Shown here one piece after another: positions 44,510 through 53,642 of a DNA stretch of 64,000 bases (position 1 is its first letter; each line of letters opens with the position of its first letter). The stretch lies in assembly GCA_905235375.1 (NCBI GenBank), contig CAJOLH010000004.1:71141-135140 (forward strand), read 5' to 3'. The position numbers and the translations under genes were made by a program. This DNA comes from an uncultured Bacteroidales bacterium. GTDB taxonomy: Bacteria > Bacteroidota > Bacteroidia > Bacteroidales > UBA3663. A model generated the notes under the pieces. That model did no database searches. It worked only from the letters and a program-made list of their open reading frames with translations, and was not told the DNA's origin.

Positions 44510-45457
44510 TCAACTGTTCTTCCAACGCACGCGCATCTGATTACCGATAATCTTCTGCACCTCGCCAACCAGTTCCCAGTCAATGGGTTCGAGGGCATAA
44601 TGCCAGTTCTTCTCGACATTGGCAGGATTGGCCGACGAGAAGAGCGTCGTGGCAATTCGGGGTGAAGAGATGGCATACTGGATGGCCAGCTTCTCAATCG
44701 GATAACCCTTGTCATTGCAATGGGCCACCGCCTTCTGGCAAGCCTCGACAAGTGCCTTAGGAGCGGGATGCCAGTCGGGCACGCCTCGTGTGCTCAGCAG
44801 TCCCATCGAAAGCGGAGATGCATTGATTATGCCCACATTGTGCTGCTCGAAGAAGTCGAAATATTCGTTCAGAAGCTCATCGTTGAGCGAATAGTGGCAG
44901 AAGCAGAGCGTAGCCTCCACCGTTCCGGCAGGCACGTGCCCGATGACCCATCGGATATTCTCGGGCTGCAGGTCGGTGATGCCCACATGACTTACGACGC
45001 CCTCGTCACGCAATTCGCAGAGTGCAGGCAGGGTCTCGTCGCAAACCTTCTGCAGTCCGCCTGGCAGCCCGGCCTGGAATTCGATGTCGTGCACATTGAT
45101 GAGGTCGATGTGATCGACATTGAGACGCTCCATCGACTCATAGACGCTCTCCTTGGCACGCTTGGCGGAATAGTCCCACGTGTTGACACCATCCTTGCCA
45201 TAGCGTCCCACCTTGGTCGAAAGGTAATACTTGCCGCGAGGTATCTCCTTGAGTGCTTTGCCAAGCACGGTCTCAGCCTTATAGTGGCCGTAATAGGGAC
45301 TCACGTCGATGAAGTTCATGCCCAATTCGACAGCCATAAAAACTGCCTCAAGGGCATCCGCCTCCTTGACACTATGGAACACACCACCGAGCGACGAAGC
45401 GCCAAAACTGAGTTGCGAGACCTTCATGCCGGTCTTGCCGATTTCGTTGTAGTTCAT
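44510..45457 (-). CDS. aldo/keto reductase (L-galactose/L-fucose dehydrogenase-like)
   Basis: 315 aa. AKR pattern GASSLGGVF...DVSPYYG...STKVGRY. Confidence 0.75.
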   Translation of the reverse strand: MNYNEIGKTGMKVSQLSFGASSLGGVFHSVKEADALEAVFMAVELGMNFIDVSPYYGHYKAETVLGKALKEIPRGKYYLSTKVGRYGKDGVNTWDYSAKRAKESVYESMERLNVDHIDLINVHDIEFQAGLPGGLQKVCDETLPALCELRDEGVVSHVGITDLQPENIRWVIGHVPAGTVEATLCFCHYSLNDELLNEYFDFFEQHNVGIINASPLSMGLLSTRGVPDWHPAPKALVEACQKAVAHCNDKGYPIEKLAIQYAISSPRIATTLFSSANPANVEKNWHYALEPIDWELVGEVQKIIGNQMRVRWKNS

Positions 45458-45459
45458 AT

Positions 45460-46308
45460 TTATCTCTTATGAGTGATTGGACTGTAACCTTCCACAGCGG
45501 GCGACTTCATGCCGCGCCAAATGAGCCAAATGCCCAGCAGGACAAACGGGATGGAAAGGAGCTGACCCATGTCGAGCAGCATATTCTCTTCGAATGCCTC
45601 CTGCACATTCTTCAGATACTCGATGAAGAATCGCGACCCGAAGATGCCCAGCAGGAACGTGCCGAAGATGACACCGCGATGCTTGCCTGCATCGGTGAAC
45701 TTGTACTGATACCAGCAGATGAAGAAGACAGCGAGATAGGCCAATGCCTCGTAGATCTGCGTAGGATGCGAGGGGTTGCAGAAGATTGGCTCCGCACCAC
45801 GCTCCCACTGCGGGATGTTCTGGATGAACCGGAAGCCCCAAGGCAGGGCAGTCTCGTGTCCATAGATCTCGTGATTGAAAAGATTGCCCATACGAATCAG
45901 ACACGCTACAGGAGCCACTGCAATCGACAGGCGATCGAGCAGCCACAGTTTCGACAGTCGGTCCTTGTAGGCATAATACAGCACACACAGGATAACGCCG
46001 ATGGTGCCGCCGTGCGAGGCAAGACCGCCTTTCCAAGTCTTGAAGATCTCCATCGGATGAGCCAGATAATAATCGGGATCGTAGAAGAAGCAGTGCCCCA
46101 GTCGTGCACCTACTATCGTACCAATGAAGGTGGCAAGAAAAAGGTAATAGACTCGCTCGGGATCAAGACCCTCACGCCGATAAATCCATTCCATGATCTT
46201 GATGCCGATGAAGAAACCAATGATGAACATCAAGGCATACCAGCGCAAGGAAAACCAGCCGATATGAAAGATGACTGGATGAGCAGTCCAAGTAATTTCT
46301 GATAACAT
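45460..46308 (-). CDS. lgt: prolipoprotein diacylglyceryl transferase
   Basis: HIGWFSLRWYALMFIIGF and GGLASHGG motifs. The start was set to the ATG at 46308, 31 nt downstream of the TATCTTTG box. Confidence 0.9.
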   Translation of the reverse strand: MLSEITWTAHPVIFHIGWFSLRWYALMFIIGFFIGIKIMEWIYRREGLDPERVYYLFLATFIGTIVGARLGHCFFYDPDYYLAHPMEIFKTWKGGLASHGGTIGVILCVLYYAYKDRLSKLWLLDRLSIAVAPVACLIRMGNLFNHEIYGHETALPWGFRFIQNIPQWERGAEPIFCNPSHPTQIYEALAYLAVFFICWYQYKFTDAGKHRGVIFGTFLLGIFGSRFFIEYLKNVQEAFEENMLLDMGQLLSIPFVLLGIWLIWRGMKSPAVEGYSPITHKR

Positions 46309-46338
46309 TTCTCTATTTGTTTTTCTTAAATTTTGGGG

Positions 46339-46346
46339 CAAAGATA
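46339..46346 (-). promoter_or_regulatory. -7 box TATCTTTG (lgt)
   Basis: 31 nt upstream of the ATG at 46308. Confidence 0.6.
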
Positions 46347-46409
46347 CAGAAATTTTCAGTAATTGCAAAACTTTTGAACAAAATATTTGGCAGAACAAAA
46401 AAAATCCAC

Positions 46410-46417
46410 TAACTTTG
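46410..46417 (+). promoter_or_regulatory. -7 box TAACTTTG (cytidylate kinase-like gene)
   Basis: 38 nt upstream of the ATG at 46455. Confidence 0.6.
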
Positions 46418-46454
46418 CCACACTTAATCCAAATTTTAAGGTTTCATCTTTACC

Positions 46455-47069
46455 ATGCTCGAAAAAAAAGTAATCATCAGCCTGGGTCGCCAGTTCGGAA
46501 GCGGTGGCCAACAGACAGGCAAACGACTGGCCGAGATCCTTGGAATCGAATACTACGACCGTGAACTCATCGACGAAATAGCGCGCGCCAACGGACTCGA
46601 CCCCGAATATGTAGCCCAGCATGACGAGAAGGCACCGGGCTTCTTCGATTATGCCTTGGCAGGACGAATAGGTTCACCCCACCTCTTCGGCTCTTCACAA
46701 AGTTTTGTGATGCTCAGCGACACCCTGAAGCAGTTGGCTGCCGAGAAGTCGTGCCTCATCGTCGGTCGCACCGCCGACTACATCCTTCGCGAGGAGCCCA
46801 ACCTCATCAAGCTCTTTATCCATGCTCCCTACAAATACCGCATCCGTTTCCTCTGCAAGGAACGTGGCATCACCGCTGACGAAGCCGACAGCCTGATTGT
46901 CAAAAACGACCGCGAGCGTTCGCGATTCTACGACTTCTTCACCGACAAGACGTGGGGCCAGGCCGACTCGTACGATCTCTGCGTTGATGTGACCAAACTG
47001 GGCGGCGAGGAGAACACGGCCCAGTTCCTTGCCGACTACGTCCGCAGGCGCATGGAGCGTTTCGAATAA
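46455..47069 (+). CDS. cytidylate kinase-like family protein
   Basis: 204 aa. The start VIISLGRQFGSGGQQTGKRLAEILGIEYYDRELI is typical of this Bacteroidota family. Confidence 0.75.
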   Translation: MLEKKVIISLGRQFGSGGQQTGKRLAEILGIEYYDRELIDEIARANGLDPEYVAQHDEKAPGFFDYALAGRIGSPHLFGSSQSFVMLSDTLKQLAAEKSCLIVGRTADYILREEPNLIKLFIHAPYKYRIRFLCKERGITADEADSLIVKNDRERSRFYDFFTDKTWGQADSYDLCVDVTKLGGEENTAQFLADYVRRRMERFE

Positions 47070-47078
47070 TCACCGTCA

Positions 47079-48407
47079 ATGGCTTTACGAGCAACAAAGG
47101 AGCAATCGGGAGAGAAAGACCCGTTGTCGCTTCACGAACTCACCCGCCGCATTGCTGCCGTGGTGAATACGAGCTTCGCCGATCCCATCTGGGTCGTTGC
47201 GGAGCTTTCCGACGTGCGGGTGGCTGCCAATGGGCATTGCTACATGACCCTCATCGAGAAGGAACCCCGGCGCGGCACCACGCTGGCTTCGGTGCGTGGA
47301 ATGATCTGGTCCAACCGCTGGTGGCTCCTGCGCGACAGCTTCGCGGAGCAGACAGGGCAACCCTTTGCTACGGGCCTTAAGGTTATGATTCTCGTGCAGG
47401 TCACGATGCACGAACAGTATGGTCTCAGCCTCAACATCCTCGACGTCGATCCCACCTACACCCTTGGCGAGATGGCGCGTCGTCGCATGGAGATAATCCG
47501 TCAGCTCAAGGAGGACGGCATCATCGACATGAACCGCGAACTTCCCTTCCCCGTCCTCCCGCAGCGCATTGCCATCATCAGCGCCGAAAGTGCAGCAGGC
47601 TATGGTGACTTTGTGAAGCAGCTCACCCACAATGCCTACGGACTGAAGTTCTACGCCCACCTCTTCCCTGCCACAATGCAAGGTCAGCAGACCGAGCCGT
47701 CGGTCATCTCCGCCCTCGACCGCATCAACGAGGTGCAGGAGCTTTTCGATGTCGTCGTCATCATTCGTGGAGGCGGTGCCACCGTCGAACTGGCATCGTT
47801 CGACAGCTATCTGCTTGCTTCCTATGTCGCGCAATTTCCCCTCCCCGTCATCGTGGGCATAGGCCACGACCGCGACGAGACAGTGCTCGACCACGTGGCG
47901 CACACTTCGGTCAAGACTCCCACAGCCGCCGCTGCCCTGCTCATCGACACCTTGCTCGCCGAGATGCAGAAAGTCCTCGACTTCCAGACCGAGATCAAGG
48001 ACCATCTGCAGCAAAAGGTTGACCTTGAGCGCCAGCGTCTGCAACGTTACGGCAACGCTGTCCGCAATACGCACGTGATGCTGACGCGGCAGATCAGCCG
48101 TCTGGACATAATCGGACAAAAGGTTCAAAGTGCCAGCAGGCAGTTCCTTGCCAACGGGAACAATACCCTTGAGACCCTGCAACAAGCCATCCGTTTGCTG
48201 TCCCGCCAACGCCTACAGCGCGAAAAGGACAAGTTGGAGTTCATCGGCAACACCATCCGTCTGGCCCAACCCGACAACATCCTCAAGCGCGGCTTTTCCA
48301 TCACCCGCCTCGATGGTCATGCCGTCAAGTCGGCCGCCTCAGTGCCTCCAAGCTCCACCCTGACAATCCAAACCGCCGACGGCGAGCTCACCGCACAAAC
48401 AAAATAG
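47079..48407 (+). CDS. xseA: exodeoxyribonuclease VII large subunit
   Basis: 442 aa with an OB-fold N-terminus (VVAELSDVRVAANGHCYMTLIEK), IIRGGGATVELASFD, and a coiled-coil C-terminus. Confidence 0.9.
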   Translation: MALRATKEQSGEKDPLSLHELTRRIAAVVNTSFADPIWVVAELSDVRVAANGHCYMTLIEKEPRRGTTLASVRGMIWSNRWWLLRDSFAEQTGQPFATGLKVMILVQVTMHEQYGLSLNILDVDPTYTLGEMARRRMEIIRQLKEDGIIDMNRELPFPVLPQRIAIISAESAAGYGDFVKQLTHNAYGLKFYAHLFPATMQGQQTEPSVISALDRINEVQELFDVVVIIRGGGATVELASFDSYLLASYVAQFPLPVIVGIGHDRDETVLDHVAHTSVKTPTAAAALLIDTLLAEMQKVLDFQTEIKDHLQQKVDLERQRLQRYGNAVRNTHVMLTRQISRLDIIGQKVQSASRQFLANGNNTLETLQQAIRLLSRQRLQREKDKLEFIGNTIRLAQPDNILKRGFSITRLDGHAVKSAASVPPSSTLTIQTADGELTAQTK

Positions 48408-48465
48408 GCAGCCAAAGATGGCCGCCTGTTTATGTCCATGCAACAGCCATGTTCGGCTGCCCTAA

Positions 48466-50367
48466 TCACCGTTTTCCCCGCTTCCGTCCCTTCTCTCCAC
48501 GGAACTTCTCGAAAGGCAGGTGCTCGGCTTCGTCAAGACGCTGGGCACGTTTCTTTTTCGAGGGCTTTTCCTCGTCGTGATGCTCCTCATTCGCCGGGCT
48601 CACCACCACCTTGCGTCCGTGCCAATCCGCACCATTCATATCCTTGATGACAAAACGTGCATCCTGCTCCGGCACCTCGAAGTACGAGAAGTTGGTGAGC
48701 AGGTCGATACGTCCCATCTCGATGCGGTGATGCACGTTGGCATTCATCAGCCCGATGAGCTGCTTGGGGAAGATGCCGTCGCGCTTGCCCAGATTGATGA
48801 ACAGCCTTGCATAGCCCGGTTCGGCCTGTGTATTGACTCCATTATAGATACGCGCATACGAGGCATTGCGTGCGCCTTCGCCGGTGTGTGCTGCCGCCTT
48901 CTTCTCGCGCTTTGGCTTCTCTTCGGGTATATCAAGATTCTCCGACCCCTTGTAGAATTCAAGCATTCGATTGAACTCCAGCGAAACGATGCGCTTCACC
49001 AGATCCTCGGCCGAAAGCCATCCGAGCTTCTTGAGCACAGGGTCGAGGTACTTCTCAACCTCCTCTTCGTTCACCACCACCTTCTCCAGTCGGTCGGCCA
49101 GTCCGAAGAGCTGCTTTTCGATGATGCGTTCGGTGGTGGGCATCATTCCTTTCTCGAACGTCTTGCCGAGCATACGCTCGATGTCATTCAGACGACGGCG
49201 TTCCTTGATGTGAACGATGCAGATCGATGTTCCCTTCTTGCCGGCACGGCCCGTGCGTCCTGAACGATGGGTATAGACCTCGTTGTCGTCGGGCAAACCA
49301 TAGTTGATGACGTGCGTCAAGTCATCGACATCCAAACCGCGTGCTGCCACGTCGGTGGCGACAAGCAGCTGCAGGTGGCGGGTGCGGAACTTGCGCATCA
49401 CCAGGTCACGCTGCTCCTGCGACAGGTCGCCGTGCAGCGCGTCGCAGTTGTAGCCCTCGTCCATCAGGTTCTTGGCTATCTCCTGTGTCTCCAGCTTGGT
49501 GCGGCAGAAGATGATGCCATAGATGCTCGGGTAGAAATCCACGATGCGCTTCAGAGCAGCATACTTGTCCTTGGCATGGACGAGGTAATAGACGTGGTTC
49601 ACGTTGGCGGCTCCCTCATTGCGGTGTCCGATGGTGACCTCCACAGGATTGTGCATATAGTTCTTCGCAATCTCTGCGATGGCCTTGGGCATGGTGGCGC
49701 TGAAGAGCATGGTGCGATGCTGCTTGGGCAGGTTCGAAAGGATGGTCTCGATATCCTCCTGGAAGCCCATCGAAAGCATTTCGTCCGCCTCGTCAAGCAC
49801 CAGCGTCTTCACCTCACTCAGGCGCACTGCCCCTCGGTTCACGAGGTCTATCAGTCTGCCTGGGGTAGCCACCACCACATGCACTCCGCGCTTCAAGGCA
49901 CCAATCTGGCTACCTATCGACGAACCGCCATACACGGGCAGGATGGCAATGCCGCGCAGGTATTTCGAATAGTCCTGCAGGTCAGAAGCAATCTGTAGGC
50001 AAAGCTCACGCGTAGGAGCCAGCACCAGCGCCTGTGGCTGGGGCGCATCCTCAGGGTCAATCCATTTGCCGGTCTTGAAATCCTTCTTGATCTGGAAATC
50101 GCTGTAAACGGGAACAATGTCCACACTCTGTAGCAGGGGCAGGCCGAAGGCAGCGGTCTTGCCCGTACCCGTCTGTGCCAGGCCCACCACGTCGCGGCCT
50201 TCTTCGCTCAGGATGACGGGAATAATCTGCTCTTGGATAGGCATGGGGCGTTCGTAGCCAAGCTCCTCGATGGCACGAAGCAGCGGGAACTGGATGCCGA
50301 GTTCTTCAAACGATGCGAATCGGCCCGTTACTTCATCAGTCGTTGTTGTGTTCTGTAATTCTTCCAT
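48466..50367 (-). CDS. DEAD-box ATP-dependent RNA helicase (DeaD/CsdA-like) with DbpA domain and basic tail
   Basis: AQTGTGKT, VLDEADEML, SAT, HRSGRTGRAG, a DbpA-type domain (LFINLGKRDGIFPKQLIGL), and a Lys/Arg-rich C-terminus. Confidence 0.92.
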   Translation of the reverse strand: MEELQNTTTTDEVTGRFASFEELGIQFPLLRAIEELGYERPMPIQEQIIPVILSEEGRDVVGLAQTGTGKTAAFGLPLLQSVDIVPVYSDFQIKKDFKTGKWIDPEDAPQPQALVLAPTRELCLQIASDLQDYSKYLRGIAILPVYGGSSIGSQIGALKRGVHVVVATPGRLIDLVNRGAVRLSEVKTLVLDEADEMLSMGFQEDIETILSNLPKQHRTMLFSATMPKAIAEIAKNYMHNPVEVTIGHRNEGAANVNHVYYLVHAKDKYAALKRIVDFYPSIYGIIFCRTKLETQEIAKNLMDEGYNCDALHGDLSQEQRDLVMRKFRTRHLQLLVATDVAARGLDVDDLTHVINYGLPDDNEVYTHRSGRTGRAGKKGTSICIVHIKERRRLNDIERMLGKTFEKGMMPTTERIIEKQLFGLADRLEKVVVNEEEVEKYLDPVLKKLGWLSAEDLVKRIVSLEFNRMLEFYKGSENLDIPEEKPKREKKAAAHTGEGARNASYARIYNGVNTQAEPGYARLFINLGKRDGIFPKQLIGLMNANVHHRIEMGRIDLLTNFSYFEVPEQDARFVIKDMNGADWHGRKVVVSPANEEHHDEEKPSKKKRAQRLDEAEHLPFEKFRGEKGRKRGKR

Positions 50368-50374
50368 ATTTCTA

Positions 50375-50408
50375 CAAAAAAGAGTCTGGACTATAGCTGT
50401 CCAGACTC
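50375..50408 (-). terminator. rho-independent terminator after the orphan 5S rRNA
   Basis: The minus strand reads GAGTCTGGAC agctata GTCCAGACTC TTTTTTG: a 10-bp perfect stem plus a T-run, located between the 5S gene and the DEAD-box helicase start. Confidence 0.85.
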
Positions 50409-50412
50409 CTGT

Positions 50413-50523
50413 AAGGTGGCGGCTTCCTACTCTCCCACTTTCGTAGTACCATCGGCGTTACAAGGTTTAACTTCTCTGTTCGGAATGGTAAGAGGTGGAG
50501 CCCTTGTGCTATAACCGCCTTAT
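50413..50523 (-). rRNA. rrf: 5S ribosomal RNA, orphan copy (no 23S/16S nearby)
   Basis: The reverse strand reads GGCGGTTATAGCACAAGGGCTCCACCTCTTACCATTCCGAACAGAGAAGTTAAACCTTGTAACGCCGATGGTACTACGAAAGTGGGAGAGTAGGAAGCCGCC. This contains the universal 5S blocks CCATTCCGAACAGAGAAGTTAA and GATGGTACTACGAAAGTGGGAGAGTAGG. The ends are approximate to within a few nt. Confidence 0.9.
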
Positions 50524-50566
50524 CTTCAACGTCACTCACGTGACAACTTTCTCTGTTTTAGCGGCG

Positions 50567-50574
50567 CAAATTTA
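50567..50574 (-). promoter_or_regulatory. -7 box TAAATTTG upstream of the orphan 5S rRNA
   Basis: TAnnTTTG match about 44 nt upstream of the mature 5S 5' end. Confidence 0.55.
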
Positions 50575-50678
50575 GTGCAATTTCTCGAACTGTCCAAATT
50601 GAGAGCCTACATTTTTCGGGAACGGTACAATTTTCCAAACGCTCCATCGTCATTTGTCATTCGCAGATGGCATCTAAA

Positions 50679-51224
50679 TCAGTCCAAACTCAGGTCTGGA
50701 GCATTCGAGGCCTGTTCCTTCAGGTATTCTGCAGTCCAGTACTGATAGTGTTGCGGCAATGGGGTGATGATGCGGTCGATGGCCTCCTGGTCGAGTTTCT
50801 TGATAAGCTTGGCAGGCACGCCACCCCACAGTTCGCCTGGTCCAATCCGTGTGCCAGCCAGCACCAGGGCTCCTGCTGCAACTACCGACCCCGAGGCGAT
50901 ATGCACGTTGTCGAGCACCGTTGCCCCCATGCCGATGAGCACATTGTCGGCAATCTTGCATCCATGCAGACAGACGTTGTGCCCCACGGTCACATCGTTG
51001 CCAATCTCAATGTAGGCATCGTCCTCGGCACAATGCAGGCACGAGCAATCCTGGATCGACACACGGTCGCCGATGCGAATCCTGTTGACGTCGCCGCGTA
51101 TCACTGCGCTGTACCATACGCTGCTCTCCCGCCCGATCACTACATCGCCGATCACCGCAGCCGTCTCTGCCACAAAGGTGCCCTCTCCAATCTGGGGCCA
51201 ATATCCATGAAGTTGCTGTATCAT
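50679..51224 (-). CDS. gamma carbonic anhydrase family (left-handed beta-helix) protein
   Basis: 181 aa with hexapeptide repeats. The start IGEGTFVAETAAVIGDVVIGRESSVWYSAVIRGD is typical of the family. Confidence 0.85.
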   Translation of the reverse strand: MIQQLHGYWPQIGEGTFVAETAAVIGDVVIGRESSVWYSAVIRGDVNRIRIGDRVSIQDCSCLHCAEDDAYIEIGNDVTVGHNVCLHGCKIADNVLIGMGATVLDNVHIASGSVVAAGALVLAGTRIGPGELWGGVPAKLIKKLDQEAIDRIITPLPQHYQYWTAEYLKEQASNAPDLSLD

Positions 51225-51266
51225 CCTTATCCTTTATTTATTTATGAACATCGGGAATGTGCGCTG

Positions 51267-51274
51267 CAAATTTA
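51267..51274 (-). promoter_or_regulatory. -7 box TAAATTTG (gamma carbonic anhydrase gene)
   Basis: 43 nt upstream of the ATG at 51224. Confidence 0.55.
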
Positions 51275-51357
51275 ACAAATAATTCGCATCGCGCCAAAAA
51301 AGGGAACCACAAAAAGTAAATTGTCCCCAATAATTTGGCAAAATGAGAAGAAATAGC

Positions 51358-51365
51358 TATCTTTG
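51358..51365 (+). promoter_or_regulatory. -7 box TATCTTTG (82-aa gene / prsW)
   Basis: 33 nt upstream of the ATG at 51398. Confidence 0.6.
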
Positions 51366-51397
51366 TCGCCAAGATATGGTTCACAACCCTCATCGCC

Positions 51398-51646
51398 ATG
51401 ATCACCAAGGAAAGTATCGAAACGACCTATTGCTTCCTGCATCAGAAGCTGCGAGTCTATCTCTATTCGGGTATGGACTGGCAAAAAGACGACATCGAAT
51501 ACGCCATTGCAAACTTTGTCGTCAGCATTCCCAAGGAACTCTACGATGAACTTTCCGAAGGCCGCCCCGACTTTCTTCTCGACCACCAGCGGTTTGCCGA
51601 CGACATGACCCTCGCCGTCAACCACCTCGAACAAATGCTTTTCTGA
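51398..51646 (+). CDS. hypothetical small protein (82 aa)
   Basis: The ATG lies 33 nt downstream of a TATCTTTG box and the composition looks like coding sequence. No family recognised. Confidence 0.5.
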   Translation: MITKESIETTYCFLHQKLRVYLYSGMDWQKDDIEYAIANFVVSIPKELYDELSEGRPDFLLDHQRFADDMTLAVNHLEQMLF

Positions 51647-51683
51647 ACCCAACAAAACCCTCAAACTCTCAAACCCCTTCCCC

Positions 51684-52454
51684 ATGCTCCTAATCATCCT
51701 TGCCGGCCTCCTGCCCGCCGCAATCCTCGTCTATCATATCTACAAGGCAGACTACCTGCAGCCCGAACCGCCCGCGCAGATCAAGCGCGCCATCATCTTC
51801 GGCATCGGTTCAATCTTCGTGTCGATGCTGTTCAGCGTGCCCTTCGAATCCTTTGGTCTCTTCTCCAACACCTACACCACGATGTCGGGAGCATTCAGGC
51901 TCGCCCTCTTCGGTGCAGGCCTTCCCGAGGAGCTCGCCAAGCTCATCATGCTCTTCCTGGTGGTGCGCAGCAACCCCTACTTCGACGAGAAGATGGACGG
52001 CATCGTCTATGCAGTATGTGTGAGCATGGGCTTCGCCGGTTTCGAGAACCTGACATACCTCGGCGCTGCAGGGACTGACTGGGTGGGCGTGAGCATCTCG
52101 CGCGCCCTCCTCGCCGTGCCTTGCCATTACTACAATGGCGTCTTCATGGGCTACTTCTTTGCCAAGTACTGGTTCGAAAGCGAGAACAAGCTCAGCAACC
52201 TCTTCTGGGCACTCGCCGCTCCCGTCATCACCCATACGCTCTACGACTTCACGCTGATGTATATGTCGGTCGAAAGTTCTCCCATCGTCTCAACGCTCCT
52301 CTTCGCCTTCCTCATCTACCTCTGTATGCAGATGCTCAAATGGTCAAGCAAAAGAATTTCCGAGCACCTCGATGAAGATGCCCGGAATCCGGATGGTTAT
52401 CAAAAGTCCGAGAAGTCTGCTCGCGACTTCTACGACCGCAGTGACCGGGTCTGA
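51684..52454 (+). CDS. PrsW family intramembrane metalloprotease
   Basis: 256 aa, polytopic, with the EELAKL and HTLYDF motifs characteristic of PrsW. Confidence 0.8.
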   Translation: MLLIILAGLLPAAILVYHIYKADYLQPEPPAQIKRAIIFGIGSIFVSMLFSVPFESFGLFSNTYTTMSGAFRLALFGAGLPEELAKLIMLFLVVRSNPYFDEKMDGIVYAVCVSMGFAGFENLTYLGAAGTDWVGVSISRALLAVPCHYYNGVFMGYFFAKYWFESENKLSNLFWALAAPVITHTLYDFTLMYMSVESSPIVSTLLFAFLIYLCMQMLKWSSKRISEHLDEDARNPDGYQKSEKSARDFYDRSDRV

Positions 52455-52456
52455 CT

Positions 52457-53377
52457 TTACGCTTCAGCCCCAATCGACTCGAATGCCCTGGCCTTGATGT
52501 AGGGAGCCAGCAGCGAAGCAATACATTCCGACACCGTGGCATTCACGGGAACGTCGGTCACCATCAAGCCTGCATCCGTTCGATTCACCACGATGCGGCA
52601 CATCTCTCCCTTATCATTCCGATAGAAGTCATTGCGCGAAATCAAGGCATTCTCCTTGCCCAGCAGCCTCTTGATGGATGTGGCGTAAGTCGTTTTGCTG
52701 TGGTTGAGCGCCTTGATGGCATATTGCCCCGCTGCAGCTGCCGTGGCAAATTGCTCTTTCTCCATCTTATGGAACTGCAGACCGCACTCCAGCGATTTCA
52801 TGGCACCTTCGTCCGTGCCGTCGGTCGGGACGAGGTAGCTGCCGTCCGGCAGGTCCAGCCATGAATGTATCGAGGCTGCCTTGCCGCGCTGGATGGTGCC
52901 GAACAGATAATCTCCGCTCGCCAGAGGGTCAGGCAGGCAAAGGAAATCCAACCAGTTCAGGAATTGGCCGCCTGTCTTCTCCTTCAGCTCTTGGCCCAAT
53001 GGACTGTCCATCTCAATTTCGGCATTCCACCGGTCTATCAGATCGACGAATTCGTAGGTGACCTCTATCTGCCGACGGATGGCACCCAGTGTCTTGTGAT
53101 GAACGGCAATGTTGGTGTTGGCCAGGCCATCGGCTGTTGCCGGCTTCTCATTCACGTCCATCAGATGGATACGCTGGTCCTTATCGACAATATCGATGCC
53201 CGAGACAACTCTCTCTCCATCGACTTCGTTCAGCACCAATTCATATTTGTTGGCCGTATTTGTACTTATCCACTGATTGCTGCTAATACGGCGAAGGCCG
53301 AACTTGGCCAATTCGGCGCGGAGTTCAGCATTGTAGTTACGTCCTTTTGCGAGGCTTAATAGGTCTTGCCCTTCCAT
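52457..53377 (-). CDS. hypothetical protein (306 aa, soluble, no recognisable family)
   Basis: Clean ORF with an ATG start and a TATTTTTG -7 box 66 nt upstream. Composition matches the surrounding core genes. No signal peptide or TM segment seen. Confidence 0.6.
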   Translation of the reverse strand: MEGQDLLSLAKGRNYNAELRAELAKFGLRRISSNQWISTNTANKYELVLNEVDGERVVSGIDIVDKDQRIHLMDVNEKPATADGLANTNIAVHHKTLGAIRRQIEVTYEFVDLIDRWNAEIEMDSPLGQELKEKTGGQFLNWLDFLCLPDPLASGDYLFGTIQRGKAASIHSWLDLPDGSYLVPTDGTDEGAMKSLECGLQFHKMEKEQFATAAAAGQYAIKALNHSKTTYATSIKRLLGKENALISRNDFYRNDKGEMCRIVVNRTDAGLMVTDVPVNATVSECIASLLAPYIKARAFESIGAEA

Positions 53378-53442
53378 TGTAATTTTAAAGAATGAATGAC
53401 GATCAGGAATCTCAATTTCCCATGGAACGTATTTAATTGCCG

Positions 53443-53450
53443 CAAAAATA
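53443..53450 (-). promoter_or_regulatory. -7 box TATTTTTG (306-aa hypothetical gene)
   Basis: 66 nt upstream of the ATG at 53377. Confidence 0.5.
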
Positions 53451-53606
53451 CAGTCTTTTTTTCATTTTTCCAAATATTAGGCATAGAAAAAATCAGTTTT
53501 GCAGTCAAAAAATGACAAATAGGGGCATTTTTGCAAATCATATAGGAGAATAAAACAAAAAAAAGACAAAATCTTCCAATAATTTGGTGGTTTTGGAAAT
53601 AATTAG

Positions 53607-53614
53607 TATCTTTG
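53607..53614 (+). promoter_or_regulatory. -7 box TATCTTTG (slyD-aroC)
   Basis: 29 nt upstream of the ATG at 53643. Confidence 0.65.
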
Positions 53615-53642
53615 CACCCGATATAAATATATGTAAGCAGTT

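Noticed and set aside
50413-50680. Whether the 5S gene is the end of a truncated rRNA operon
   Set aside because: The 150 nt upstream have no 23S-like sequence. They contain a promoter-like box and run directly into the gamma carbonic anhydrase gene, so I treat the 5S gene as a stand-alone copy rather than an operon remnant.
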